A DNA stretch of 63,726 nucleotides, counting the filler, from Choristocarpus tenellus KU-1152 (taxonomy: Eukaryota > Protista > Phaeophyceae), in the NCBI GenBank assembly GCA_964200185.2. It is 11 parts of 11 records of this genome, joined end to end, with 100 filler letters (N's around TTAATTAATTAA, not from the genome) between each part and the next. Parts side by side here need not be neighbours in the genome. Positions count along the whole stretch, not along the records: positions 15,334 to 32,952 come from CAXNAD020000651.1; positions 33,053 to 38,895 come from CAXNAD020009618.1; 9 more parts are not named here. One strand, written 5' to 3'. Shown piece after piece: positions 24,301 through 36,784 of this stretch. The stretch's first letter is position 1. Every line of letters starts with the position of its first letter. The position numbers and the translations under genes are program-made. The notes under the pieces are model-generated. The model worked only from the letters and a program-made list of their open reading frames with translations, was not told the DNA's origin and searched no databases.

Positions 24301-27300
24301 TTTCATCATGTTCCATGAAAGGGATGGCTGATTGCTGAAATAGGTTCAAGAGAATTTTTTTTAATATTTTAATTTTCCCTGAGTCCTCAGTGCAGAGGGA
24401 CAGAAGCTTGTGTATGGGCATTCTGTTCCATTCTTGCCTGACATAGGCTATGGATTTGAACGTGCTATCCAGGGTTAATTCTACTACCATTTCATCGTGA
24501 CTACTGTTCGACCTGCTTCTCACCTTAAAGGAGCCCTCCATTCCTGCCAAGTATGCTGCACACATTACAACGTACACCCCTGGCCGAAGAGTTGCATAAA
24601 GATGCCTTTCCCGCTTCCGAACTGGCTGCCCTGAGCTGGCGACCATATTATCCTGCTTGAGTTTTTTTTGCCGCCCTGGTGGGGAGCCAACTTCGGGCTT
24701 GATGATGAAACACGCAGCTGGAACCACTTCCTCATCAGTCTTTAGGTTTAAAGGTAAAGTGTTGGATGGAGGGAACACTCTTGGCATTAACTTGACTTTC
24801 TACTGCTGTAAGGTTGAAAAGGTGACCTAGAAATCAACTCTATCTCGCACCAGAGTGTTGTGCTGGTACTACAATCTGTGCAAGATCAATAACCCTATCT
24901 TCTGTTTGTCTCTAAACATTCATACCTGCACCAGGGTTATCTTGACATCAGTGGGGTTGAAAACCTCCAGGAGAAACTGCGGGTTGTTCTCAAGTTCACA
25001 AGCCTGTTCAATCATTTTTTGTCGGGGATAATGTTTAAATGGGAAAAAGCTGCGATTGGTCCAGTGATCATGGAATGCAAGACTGCACACATTCATTGCT
25101 CAGTTGTCTGAGATTTGAACCCATGCACGCTTGGATACTACGAAGTGAAATGGATTTGCGAAGTGAGCAGTTCAAAGTAGTAGCCAACCAACCACCATGA
25201 CTTGTTATTTGTTATGTTGGGAGGGACTCTATCAATCCATCCGTGCTGGCGTACCAAGCTGCAAATAAACCTCTACTATAGAATTTGAATGTAAGGTCAT
25301 TGTGGGCCTCAAGTCTTCCTTCAAGTGATGGTGAAACTACTCTTCAGGAAGGACATCATCACGAGATGACTTCATTGATTTTCGAGGGGGCCGTAAGGGG
25401 AGAAAATGTATTGGACTCAACTTGATATGCTCCCTACAAAAAGCGGATCTACTAGTTGATTGCCGAACAGGGTAATACATCAGGCATTGACTTGGTCTGC
25501 CGGGTTCAATAAATATCTGGATTTACTCCACCATTGAAGACTAGTCAATCTTGTCAAAAAAAAATGCTACTCCGACTGTGACTACATGCTACTTCACTCA
25601 CTACTTATTACTAAAGATTAACATAAAAAAATATTGTTCTCATCCTTGCCAAACTACACTACATTTTCTATATCTTATCTAGTTCAGTTTTTGCACTACT
25701 CGTAGTCCAAGATTTTTGGAAGCGGAAAATATATGTCTCAACCATTTGTTGGAGGTGTTGAACAACTTTGCCCAGCAGGATGGTATAGCAACGGAAGAGA
25801 TCATCGCAGTTTATTGAAATTGACACACACCTCCAACATTGTCATGCATTCTGTCATACCATTCCACCCAACAGTAGTGTTGAAGGAATCCCTGAAATTG
25901 GCTGGTTCTTCAGTGTGTTCCATAGCTGATCCCTACGTTGCCTTAAAAGACAAAGGGACGAAATTGGATGATCTAGATAGAACTACAGAACAGAGTTATT
26001 CAGTTCCTAAGATTATTCAAAGCTCAAAAGCAGAGCCAAGTACTCCAATACACACTCGATAAATATTCTGGCTTGTTACCAAAACTTTGTTTCACAATAT
26101 ATGTGTACCCTGCAAAATAATTGTATAAACAGTGCTGCTAGTGATAAAGGGATAAGCAAGCATCAGCTCCAAGATTCAGCAAAGGATGATGTTCTTTTGC
26201 ATGAGGAGGTACTTTGTTTTCAAAAACTACCACAAGCTATGGACTAGCATTGTTCATTTTGATAGCTTGCAATGATAAGACAGCATTTATAAGTTTGCCA
26301 TAGATCTTACCCATGGAAAGGCAGGATGCCTACAACTGGTCAAATTCTAAAGTCGAGTTCTGTAGAATTTGAGTGTAAATACTGCCTACACCGCACTTCA
26401 TCCCCTTCTCCTTATTAGGTCAGCTTGAACCTTCTGATCGGCAGATGGCAAGCCAGCGGCGGTGTCTAGGTCCTCACGCATTTCCCAGCAACCTGCAAGC
26501 TGCAGGGTGATCCAGCGTCTGCTTTGATAAAAATTGATGCAGGAGCAAGGGGGTGGGATTAACTGATCATGTGTGAGCAAGGGTGGCACATTCAACACAT
26601 GCCATGTTTTATTTGGTTGTTGACCATCTTGCGAAGGTAGCACCCTATTCTCTTGGTAGGACCCTTGATTTTGCATATATAAAATATAAAGTGTTACATC
26701 ATTCAGTACACTTGCATAGTTTCACCTTGTTTTCAGGTCAGTGATTATCGTCTACTACAGGCACTTGGTGATTAAAAGGAGTGCCCATGCCAAATCAATC
26801 TCCTAAGCACTGCCCTTCCTTTTCTCAGTACAGTGAGTGATTGGTGAGTAGGACCAGGGTGCTCCCGTAGTCACTATATCTTCTCGTCCCAATAATGCAG
26901 CTCTACCATATCTCTCCACTTCAACATGCCTGCTCCATATTTACCACACCCCTTGCTGGTCACTGATGGTAGTGGCCGGTTGTGTACCTGTCTTTTCTCA
27001 ACACTGTAAACTGGGCATGTACCCAGGCTACATGCATGTATGGGGTCATATTATCTAGCCTCTTCTTGCAGACAATAACCTGTAGATAAGATTGTTCATT
27101 GACATATTAAGCAGTGTATTATGCCCCCCTAATGTTGCGGTGTGTGATTTGTTGTTTCGTGTTACAGTTATTTCGTCTTGCCACGGTAGAGTTCTTGCTC
27201 ACCGGGGGTCATACCACCGGCAGATGTAGAGGCTGCGGAAAACAATACAGAAATCGTTGAAAGACATCCAAAACATGTTGTCTTTCTCATCGCCCACAAC

Positions 27301-30300
27301 GTTTAGACGGGCTCGGGATCGTCGGGTCCATAAAGGAGACCGATCACCCCAGTCTCCTCGCCATTCCTGTAACAAAAAATGTGGAGGTCTACTGCATTGA
27401 AGTTGCCATTCTGGACTGAAAAACTCAGATTGGGTGCATTGCCAAATGGCGGTGTGGTATACAAATATTTGGTGTGCAACAGATAGAGCATGTGGAATGT
27501 CAACGCTGTTAACCACGGATCATGAGGGGAAAATGCAACAAGTAGTAGTTGGTCAAGAGTTCCATCTTGCCTCATGATCTCCAGGTGGGTTGCAAAGCTT
27601 GATTAGTTGCTCTCCTTCTGACTCTTGCACGTCAAAAATAGTGTAAGCCGTTCCAAAAACCAAACCAATATCCTGTATCTGTGATTTTGGGCAGACACCA
27701 GTCAGGGGAGAGTAGGCGATAGTGTGTTTAGAGGTCGAGTGTATACAAGTCTTGTCAATGCACAGCGTTTCAGGGTACCTTTTTTAGGGTGCCCTTGTAT
27801 ACTTGAGGTACTGTGCATATTTGCAACGGCTGGCTCCAACCAATCTGGGAGTTCAGATCTGATTATGTGATTTGGGTACAGCAGTCATTGGCAAGCCTTT
27901 AGTACAGTCCCATCTTATAGCAACAACTGTACCGCTGGACTTGTCACCTTGTAGGATGTACTTGTGGTACAATTAACTTTATCACTATTGAGAACTATCC
28001 AATAGAAGGTGATTAGTGCAATCCAGCACATTGTGCTGCCTGGTTGAGTCTTACTGAAGAGTCAAAGCATCTTAGAGGGTAGAGCCGCGTCCATTTGGGG
28101 ACCAAGACCTAATGTTGCAATTGTGATGTAATTTTTGGCTATCATATTTGTTAGGAGATGTCAATATCCTTGTTCTGAACACTCCTTTTCATACCATATA
28201 CATTTTACCTACTCTGAAACATTTTGGAGTGGGTAAAATTTTATTTAAAACCCGTGAGAAGCAAAGCCCCAAATGGACAAACAGGGCAAAAGTCGTACCC
28301 TCTAAGATACTTTCACTCTGAACATTTCGAGCAGTATCTGAACCTTGTTTCAGAGCATCGAGCAGAACGGATATCAAATCAGTGGGTGTACAAAGACTAG
28401 GGATGGCGTACAACATGCTGTTTTACACTGTAGATATGATACTATGTTGGACTGAAAGCATCCCGAGGCTTTGCTTCAAATAGGAATGGAGGAAATCGTT
28501 CACTATTGGTACTTTGATTCCTCTCTGTGATGCCATGTGAAGATTCAGAATAACACATTGGTGGGGGTAGGGGAAGTTACACGTATAATGTATACTATTG
28601 GATGGATTTGATATGTAGGCTGTTTTATTGTTGAAAGTGTTTTTAATTTCATGTTCTTTATCCCGCAATCAATTGTGGATATTAACATTCATGCTCTGGC
28701 TGCACTAGAATTGGGGCAACGCAAGAGGAAGGATATTCACCTGCTTCTCGGCGAGGTTTCCTGTAATTGTTCCTGCTCCCATAATGTAACCATTACGCTG
28801 GTATCTGATGGTGATGAGGGAAAGAAATGAACTAAGAGGTTTGATAATCAGAAAATGAGCAGGAACATGATTTTCATTGATCAGAGGACATGTGTGTAGG
28901 CAGGGAGCGACTTTCTTGGTTTAGAATGAAATGCGGTACTCAGACTACATTGAGGCTACAGGTGGGTGAAAACATTACCGATTTGGAGGGGTTTGTCAGT
29001 CATGGGGTGAGTAGGCGCGAAAAAAGGTTCTTGAGTTGCATCAAAGAACTTTTTTTTGTGGCTGGGGTTGGGTGAAACATCTCTTCTAGGTGCTTCCTCA
29101 TAGAAAGTATTGGAGAAAGGTATGGAATGACACCTGGTGCTTTCTGACAAGGATGGAGTTGTTGCAATGTCTCAAAGGGATGTGGTCTTGATGCAAACCA
29201 CAAGAACTTCAAAGTAGGATTGAGAATGGGTACCAAATATGTGTTGAATGTCCAGACTTTCCCTCACACTCTGTGCTAGGGCTATGACAAGTGCTTGACT
29301 GTTGGGGGTGCCCTGGCTATGACTGAGGGAAGAAAGAAGAGTAGCAATAGTGTGACAAAATTGAAAATACCTTGCAAGAGCATGCAGGACTTGCTCCAAT
29401 GCAAAATACATTTGCAACCCTGGTTTCTATCATAGCTTGAGAACTACAGTGCACACTCAGGGTTCGTTAAGATGTCATAGCAGTGCTTGTTATTTGTTTC
29501 ACCACCTGAGAGGGATAGTTGGAAACCCTACATGTACCTAAGGGAATAATACCAAATCTAAACAGCATGAAGTTACCTACCTAGACATGTTGAAGAGGTG
29601 TTGACCCCTGTATTCTTCTTGGGAGTGAACTAAATACCTTGAAGCACTCGGAATTGAAGTGGGGCCAACTATCCAAGCAGAGGAGGTAGCAAAGTAAAAA
29701 TATAGTCCTTCACAACATCCACTAGTAGGGCAACTCACTTGACCATTTTTTTCCAAAGACTCCTCTTTCCTACTCCTCGACCAACACTATTGAGGAAAAC
29801 CTCTTCTGCATCGCCCCCAGTGAACATTTTCAATGCCATGTGCACAAAGCCATTCTCCAGCGCTGCGTAACTACCAAACAACTTGGCACATGCCTTAGTT
29901 GGAGTTAGAAGGAAAAAAATGTCAGAGAATTGTTCAAGTTGCTGGTCAAAGGTGGGCGATATGCGCTTAAAATTGGTGAAACTTTTGTGTGGTGGCATCG
30001 ACCGGTGCAAAGAGTTAGCTCTACAGCAGTGAGAATACTTGAAATTAAATCCGATTCTGCCTTTCAGATATGTTCGAGAGAGAACATTCCCGTCCTTTTG
30101 CAAAGGAGCGTGTGTGAATCCATTGCTGTGAACACCTTTTCCAGAAGGGATACCCACAGCTCTCGAGCACCATAACTATGAGCACAGGCCAGCCCCATGT
30201 TGGAATTGTCCAACTTCTTAGCATCAACTGCAGGGAAGAAGTCATCGATAATGACAACCTGTGAACGAATCAATGATCATCCACAGGTTATATTGGAATA

Positions 30301-32408
30301 TGTTGTACTGTGCCTTATGAGCTTGACCAATGATATGCTGCCTTGAATGCATTTGGGTTTTCTAAGGCTAGAAATTGATGGAGGACGCTACCATCCAGTC
30401 CAGCTCTGAGGTGGAGAACAAAGGCTATGGAAGAAAGGAAACGTCATCACCAAACAGACTCAGAACGAAGTAAAAGATCATAGTAATTAATTGAATATAT
30501 GGGTTAACGTTAGGTTTGACATTGCCCACTCCTTGAGTTTCATTGTCAACAATGCAACACAGGGCTAAGAATTCAACAGCAAAATAAAAGTGACCGTACA
30601 TATGCTCCACAAAATATGCAGGGATTGTAAGTATGATACAACTCTTCATAAAACCAGGCAGCTAGGAACATTCATATGTGGGGCGCAGAGAATCAAGAGG
30701 AACAAAACCACCCCCATACCTGCCACTGCCCTTCCAGAAAAAGGCGAACGGCATAGGCGCCAGAATAGGACTCAAACATCGGCTTCCCATCAGCTCCAAT
30801 AGGCGTAATAAAAAGCTGAGCAATCTGGTGAGGAGGCACATAGAGAGGGTGGTGGAGATGCTCTGTAGTAGATGATAAAAATTGCTATAGTTTGTTCATT
30901 CGAATTAGCCTTGATATATGGTAGAAATTTACTTCACTAGAGGTTGTGCAACACTGTGCTGAGATCGAGTTGAGCTTGCATCTACTCAGGGATAGTGTTG
31001 GGTACTGAATTGCCAAAGATGGGACTGAATGCTACTGCGAACCAAAGTCCCATTAAGTCCAACCCATAGCAAGATGGATTAAATACGTAGGAGGATGCCA
31101 GTGATTGCAGGCTACTGATAGAGTACAATTAATGATCATGCTTGGTTGTGAACTATATATACATACTCAGTACAGTGTATATATTTCACCAACTCGGATG
31201 CCCTATAAAAGGCTTCACCCCTCAACACATCTCACATATGCCCACTCAACTAGAAATGCCTTGGCTTCACGTACAACTGTACTTGTATTGACATCATACA
31301 TAGTAAGTACTCCTGTGTCTATGACCAGTGAATATTGCTCCAACATTATCAAGTGATTCTCCTCTTTCCACAAGTACTTGTGCTATAGACGTTCGTTGCA
31401 ATGATTTGGGTGGAGGGTCCATGGATACAATGAAACAGATACCCATTTCTTCTGTGAGAGGATGCAGATGATTGAGATTGTGCAGAGGGTATGTTGAAGA
31501 AGTGATTAGTGCTGATTGCCTTTGTTGCAGAAGAAGTACATTTGGAAGCTAGGGGTTAGAACCAGTTATCCTTCTTAGGACACAAGATAACTGTGTCATA
31601 GGTGTGATGGTATAGTGCTCAATTCTGAGAACACACTATTGAGTGTGTAGTAGTTGGTAATGTACAGAATATCTCAGCACAAGTAATCTAGTTTCTTGCT
31701 TCACGAGCAATTTTCACTTTGACACACCTACCTGCTCATCCACATAACCATCCCCAACTGTGCTGGCAGAAATCATGCTCAGGGCAGAGAGTAACCAGGA
31801 ATCTGCGAATAGACCCTGCCGCACATCATCAGGATCAGTGCCTTGATCGTAGAGCTTGATGTCTGGATTCACTGAGAGAGAAACCTGAGATGGGAGGGGG
31901 GATTGTGCAACAAAGCAGGAATATGGAGTTTTTTTTTCCGTTTATTGAGATATACCTGTTCCAGGTTGTCGTTGTGGCCTGGAGATCTTCGATCCAAAGG
32001 AATGTGGAGGGAACCAAGCACATCTACCTACTTACGTTACATAAAGTCTCATCCATGGGGCATAGATATATGGACAGTCATGCTTTGGAGGTTTATTACA
32101 GTAATGTACACATTTTGATCATATAGTGTAGGCTACCTTTCTACATAACATGTGACACACATTGTCGCCGCTACGTGTCTCTCTGTGAGTACCTTCCATT
32201 GCGAGGCCAACTGCTGCCGGCACACAGTATTACCAGTGGAGGAGTTGTCTGGGGGGAATTCGGGATCAGCATACTGGAATTTTCGTCCATAGGTGCCAGG
32301 GCGGCAGTTATTCCCAACGGATTCAATACCACTGAGAATTTCCTGAGCATTCACAGTTGTCTCCTGGCCATTTAACAATACAGACTCTTCAAACATATCT
32401 CGAAGGGC
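21335..32408 (-). CDS. Calpain-like protein (peptidase C2 CysPc + domain III), predicted catalytically inactive; multi-exon, 5' end incomplete
   Basis: Phase-compatible exons: 32408-32193, 31884-31732 (DDVRQGLFADSWLLSA), 30824-30720 (GAYAVRLFLEGQW), 30258-30136 (VVIIDDFFP..ELWVSLLEK), 29893-29739 (ACAKLFGSYAAL..MFTGG), 28804-28741, 27678-27571 (GLVFGTAYT..LCNPPG), 27366-27203 (EWRGDWGD..FWMSFNDF), 26518-26431, 25003-24926 (NNPQFLL), 24739-24524 (LRPGVYVV), 24249-24172. Probable tail exons 22043-21909 and 21415-21335 (TGA). Small upstream exons likely lie at 32550-32851. Confidence 0.9.
22574..22833 (-). mobile_element. MITE family A copy 5 (260 bp), in probable calpain intron
   Basis: GAGCCAAAGTATATTATAGGGTAC ... 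TACCCTCTAAGGCACTTTGACTC; no matching TSD. Confidence 0.9.
23588..23847 (-). mobile_element. MITE family A copy 6 (260 bp), TSD ACTT
   Basis: ACTT|GAGTGAAAGTATCTTAGAGGGTA ... TACCCTCTAAGATACTTTGGCTC|ACTT. Confidence 0.95.
28059..28318 (+). mobile_element. MITE family A copy 7 (260 bp), TSD TGAA, in calpain intron
   Basis: TGAA|GAGTCAAAGCATCTTAGAGGGTAG ... TACCCTCTAAGATACTTTCACTC|TGAA. Confidence 0.95.
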
Positions 32409-33052
32409 CTGTAAAGAAGAATATGCTCCCAGTGAAATGGAGGCAGGAGTGAAATCGGGGGGGCATTATGTGAGAGCAGTGGCAAAATGGCGGAGGAGTG
32501 GAAGGATGACAAGGACAAGGGTAGCATTCTATCACAAAACAATAATGTTCCTACACTTCAAGTACTCCCATCCTCTGCAAGTTCTGCTGGACTGTGCAGT
32601 GAACGACATGGAGAAAATATGTCTATTGCCCTTGGTTGATTGTTGCTCACCTGATTTTTTGGATGAACTGTAACGTTTTCATGCTTTAACCACTTCTCAC
32701 GTACAGTCTTAAATATTCCAGCTTCCTTCGTTTTGGTCGAATAGCAGCATTTGGAGGACATTAGTATTGTGAACTGAACGAATTCACGACTGCAATCAAA
32801 TTGACTGTCAATCAAATTGACTATACCTTTTCTTCGATTTATCTGCTTGAACTAGGACATGAACAATGAAAGGTGTAAGCTAGTGGGTCAAAGTATCTGG
32901 GGGGGGGTGTCGGCGTCCGTTTTTCACCCTTTTTTCGATTTTCACTTTTTGGNNNNNNNNNNNNNNNNNNNNNNNNNNNNNNNNNNNNNNNNNNNNTTAA
33001 TTAATTAANNNNNNNNNNNNNNNNNNNNNNNNNNNNNNNNNNNNNNNNNNNN

Positions 33053-36000
33053 CCCCCTCTCACTCTTCCAGCCCCCCTCCTCACCACCTACAATGTTCAC
33101 TGTGTTAAGGAGCATGATGTCACCTGTGTCAGACGCAAAAACCTGTCGAGCCAGGCGTTCTCCCAACTCCACCTGTGTCATATTGGAAATTGTGTGTTGT
33201 CATGGTCACAATGCGAAGGGTGTGAAAGTGGTACTCAACAAAACCATTAGGTAAGGCCATGGCAGTTACAGCAAAGAGGACATAAATCACTGTGGCATTA
33301 ATAAATATTTTGGATATCAATAGTACTGCTGTCTATGCAGGGGAGGAATGTTACCTAACATAGTAAATGTTTGGGCAGATAGGTAGCACCAAGCATACCG
33401 CATGTTCTTCTCTGGATCTAAAACAAATGTGTAGTCCAGTAAAGGAACAGGCCATGAAGATAAACTATGCTCTTGTAGCATGTACAAGATGCATATATTG
33501 ACATATATTGACATGAATTGACTTGTATAAGGGCGGTACAGATTCATCCAAAGCAGTTACTAGAGGTAGGTAGAAGTAGGTACAAAATGATCTAATAGCA
33601 TACTCAAAAAGAGACCACTGCATCTATTTAGCAGTCACTTGAAGTGCAAATGTCAGCGGAGCTACAATTGTTTCCTCAGAGGGCATTTATAGTGATGCTT
33701 CCAAGAGCCTTCACTCACCAAAATGCATACTATTCATAGAGTCATATTAATGCGTGCAATACATTGAATTTTTTCCCTTCCAAATAAAGCATGAAAAAAA
33801 ATAGTAGAACTCTTACCTTGGTTCACAGTGATTTCCTCCCTTGCAGAAGCTACATTGTACTATGTTAACCCCAGGATAGCCCTTACCTGACCCGAAGTCG
33901 TGAGATGTAATCCATCAGGAAACATGGGCAGCCCAAAAGCATCCGCCACCCACACATTGTCCAGGCCAGTAGTAGACATTACACTCTCCTGAGCTTCTCG
34001 GACCTAGAGAGAAAATGTGGCATAACATGTCAGTTACATTTGGGGCTAGCAATGGTCTATCATATATGAGCACAAGCTCTTGTACAGGTAGGGAATTTTG
34101 TGACAAAGTAAAATTTACTCATGAACCTTATACCGGAACCCTCCTCATAAATGGATGCAGAGGGATCTTTGCGCAAATATTATATCATTTTATTTTTATA
34201 TGCCTGGAGAAATCGACTTGAAACATATCACCTCATGTTACACAATGTCCAAATATTGTACCTACTTCTGACTTTGAATCATTAAGCATTTGTCAAGTAG
34301 TTTGGGTGGGACCAATTTGGGAAGAGCAGTAATTCATGTGTTGCAATAGTTGCAGTGACTGTTGGTTGTCAAGAGGTGGGCGAGGGTGCTATTTAATCAT
34401 CAACTGACCATTTACAGCTAAGAAGTTGCAAGGTAAAAAGGTGGAACACAGTACAATGTTGCACTTCCAAAAAAAATAAATCAGTATGGTTCGTTCCAAT
34501 TATTAAAAAACGAACACAAGGTGATAAACCTTTGTCTAGTGCACACTCTCTAGCAGGTACACTGGTAACTTCAAAGTGTAGACCATACAGTTTCTTCAAC
34601 GTGTATTTGGAGCCCATGAGAGTGCATGCACCCCACCAAACATTGGTATCTCTAGATCTAACTATATCAAGATACCCCAAGATATGTCAGAACATACTTT
34701 CTAACAAGGAATACTTGGACATGCGTTCCATCTCAGAGCATAACTCCAGACCACGTCCGTGATAGGACAAGCATGCACTTATCTCCAAGACAAATATATA
34801 TATATCAGCCTACAAATGTTGGAAGTGATATCCTGTACCCTTCATCTGAGATACTGTGAGCTATAGTAGCTTGTTCTCTACCTTACTAATCTAAGGTGGA
34901 AAATGATGTCACATAGTGCACAATCTTACCTTCTCAAGGTGCACCAGGCGAGTGGTGGTCCCAGTGATGGCCACAGTAAAGAACCGAAGGTTTGGGATGG
35001 ATAAATGTTGCCGAGTGGAGAGCACCAGTCTTTCGAAACGCTCACTGTAGGTTTCTGCTGAGTATTGATGCATTGCATCTGTTTCTCCCTGTCAAACAGG
35101 GTAATCCTACAAGTGGAGCCTCATCAAGCACAAACATACTGCTTGAAGAACATACATGGTTGCCTACCCCAACTCTCATAATAGGTGAGAGCTGTCATTC
35201 CATTGCTGAATTAACTTGAACATTCTCTTAGGTGAGCGGCTCTGAGTACAGTTGGCAGACTCTGACTCTATGACACAAAGTCAATGTTGTTAAATTGTCT
35301 CATTTCCATTTTGTGCAATGCTTCAAAGTACTGGGAATACTGCAAGGTGTACCCAGAATGTCTAAGGACCAAAAACTTCACCATAACAACATACAACATA
35401 TTCAGCGGAGATCAAGGATACGTATAGGGGCAACAATGCTCCCACACCTCCACCCATTGCTCTAGTATGCCTTGTTTTCCTACCCAATGAATGCACTATG
35501 TATGATTCCATTAAGATTATCGCACCTGATACCAAAGTACACCTCTGAGGTGGCTTCCTTTGGGCGCCAACTTTAGTGCCTGCATGGCTCTTTCGGTCAT
35601 GGCGTTGAACAGGTTATATGTCCCAGCCTTGTAATTCCATGGGCCCTCTGTCACTTGTGCGTTGGGTACCACCTTGCCCTCACAGTCGCCTATGGGCCCT
35701 GAGGTTAACATTCAGGGATAGGAATGTCGATCATTTAGTACGACATCAAAGGTCTATCGAAGCTTCGATTCAGTAAATAAGGGGGCCAGCACAAAAGTCA
35801 AGCAATGTGTTTGCGAGGAGTAAAGTTGCAGGGAACAATAATTGATGTCTTCTGTCATAGATGTAGCCTAATACCTACGACCAATATCGGCATGGCAGTC
35901 TATCACAGCTCTAACTACTAATAACATTGGTCTTGGAGTCAGAGCCTTGTGGGTGGTTATGCAAGGATTTGCCTTGATAGTCTGCCTGCCACTCGTCCAG

Positions 36001-36784
36001 AGAGGCGCCCCCAATCGCGCATGGTACTAGGCCAATTGTCGATCTGGTTGGGGCACCAGCAGCAGCCCGTAGAGTCAGCAAGGCACGTGCGCACACCTTG
36101 AAGTCAGAAGATGTTTAGACGGGGTAACCTTTCTTGAGTTAGTAAACACGATTATTGCACATACTGCACAGAACCTCCCACATGCGGTAGCTCTGGCGCT
36201 GGGATCCGTGCACATATTGAATGGTTCCTTGGTGCAATAACTGAATCATGCTAATAACGGAAGCTCACGTCCTCCAATCCACCAGCTCATTAATTGCACA
36301 GCATCTTTGATCCCTCTCTCGATCTCGTTGCTTACCAAGGCGGGGCCAAAACCACATCTCTCCCGCTTGCGCAGATCTATGTCCGAGTGAAGTGGTTCTT
36401 GTGCGGGTGTCCAGCGCTCATTCCCAGAAAAGCATAACACTTTGCAACGAGGATGCAAAAAATGAGGCGCCGTTTGTTCGGTAGGAGACAGCAGGGATGC
36501 CACGTATCCACGAGCGTATACAGATCAGAAGACAGAGAACGTGGCGACTCCGTCAATATTGCATTGGTGCAACAATCTAGTTGGTTGCACACTATTATCA
36601 CTCACTGCCTTGGACATTGCTTACCATCTTCGTCAATGCCAGAGTAGTGTGGTGGCAAGTGGCCGGAGCCCCTTCCTGCCATATTCGACTGCCCCCCCAA
36701 CACAAAAATATCCATGTTTTCACCGCGATCGCACTCTGTCTCGTGCTGCCTGTCACCTATCCTAGGCAAACATCTTTCTTTCAT
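33053..36784 (-). CDS. SASA-domain (SGNH-type, CE6-like) carbohydrate acetylesterase; 7 exons, 3' end runs into gap
   Basis: Exons 36784-36625 (IFVLGGQSNMAGRG), 36439-36336 (WTPAQEPLHSDID..GFGPAL), 36096-~35973 (IGLVPCAIGGASLDEW), 35698-35526 (GVLWYQ), 35088-34930 (GETDA), 34003-33887 (VREAQ..DGLHLT), and 33172 onward (VELGERLA). The catalytic Ser (GQSN) and DxxH motifs are intact. Confidence 0.92.

Noticed and set aside
32953-33052. SASA-calpain fusion gene (same strand, SASA 3' end and calpain 5' end both meet this gap)
   Set aside because: They are on different contigs joined by an artificial linker. There is no evidence of continuity, though RNA-seq could test it.
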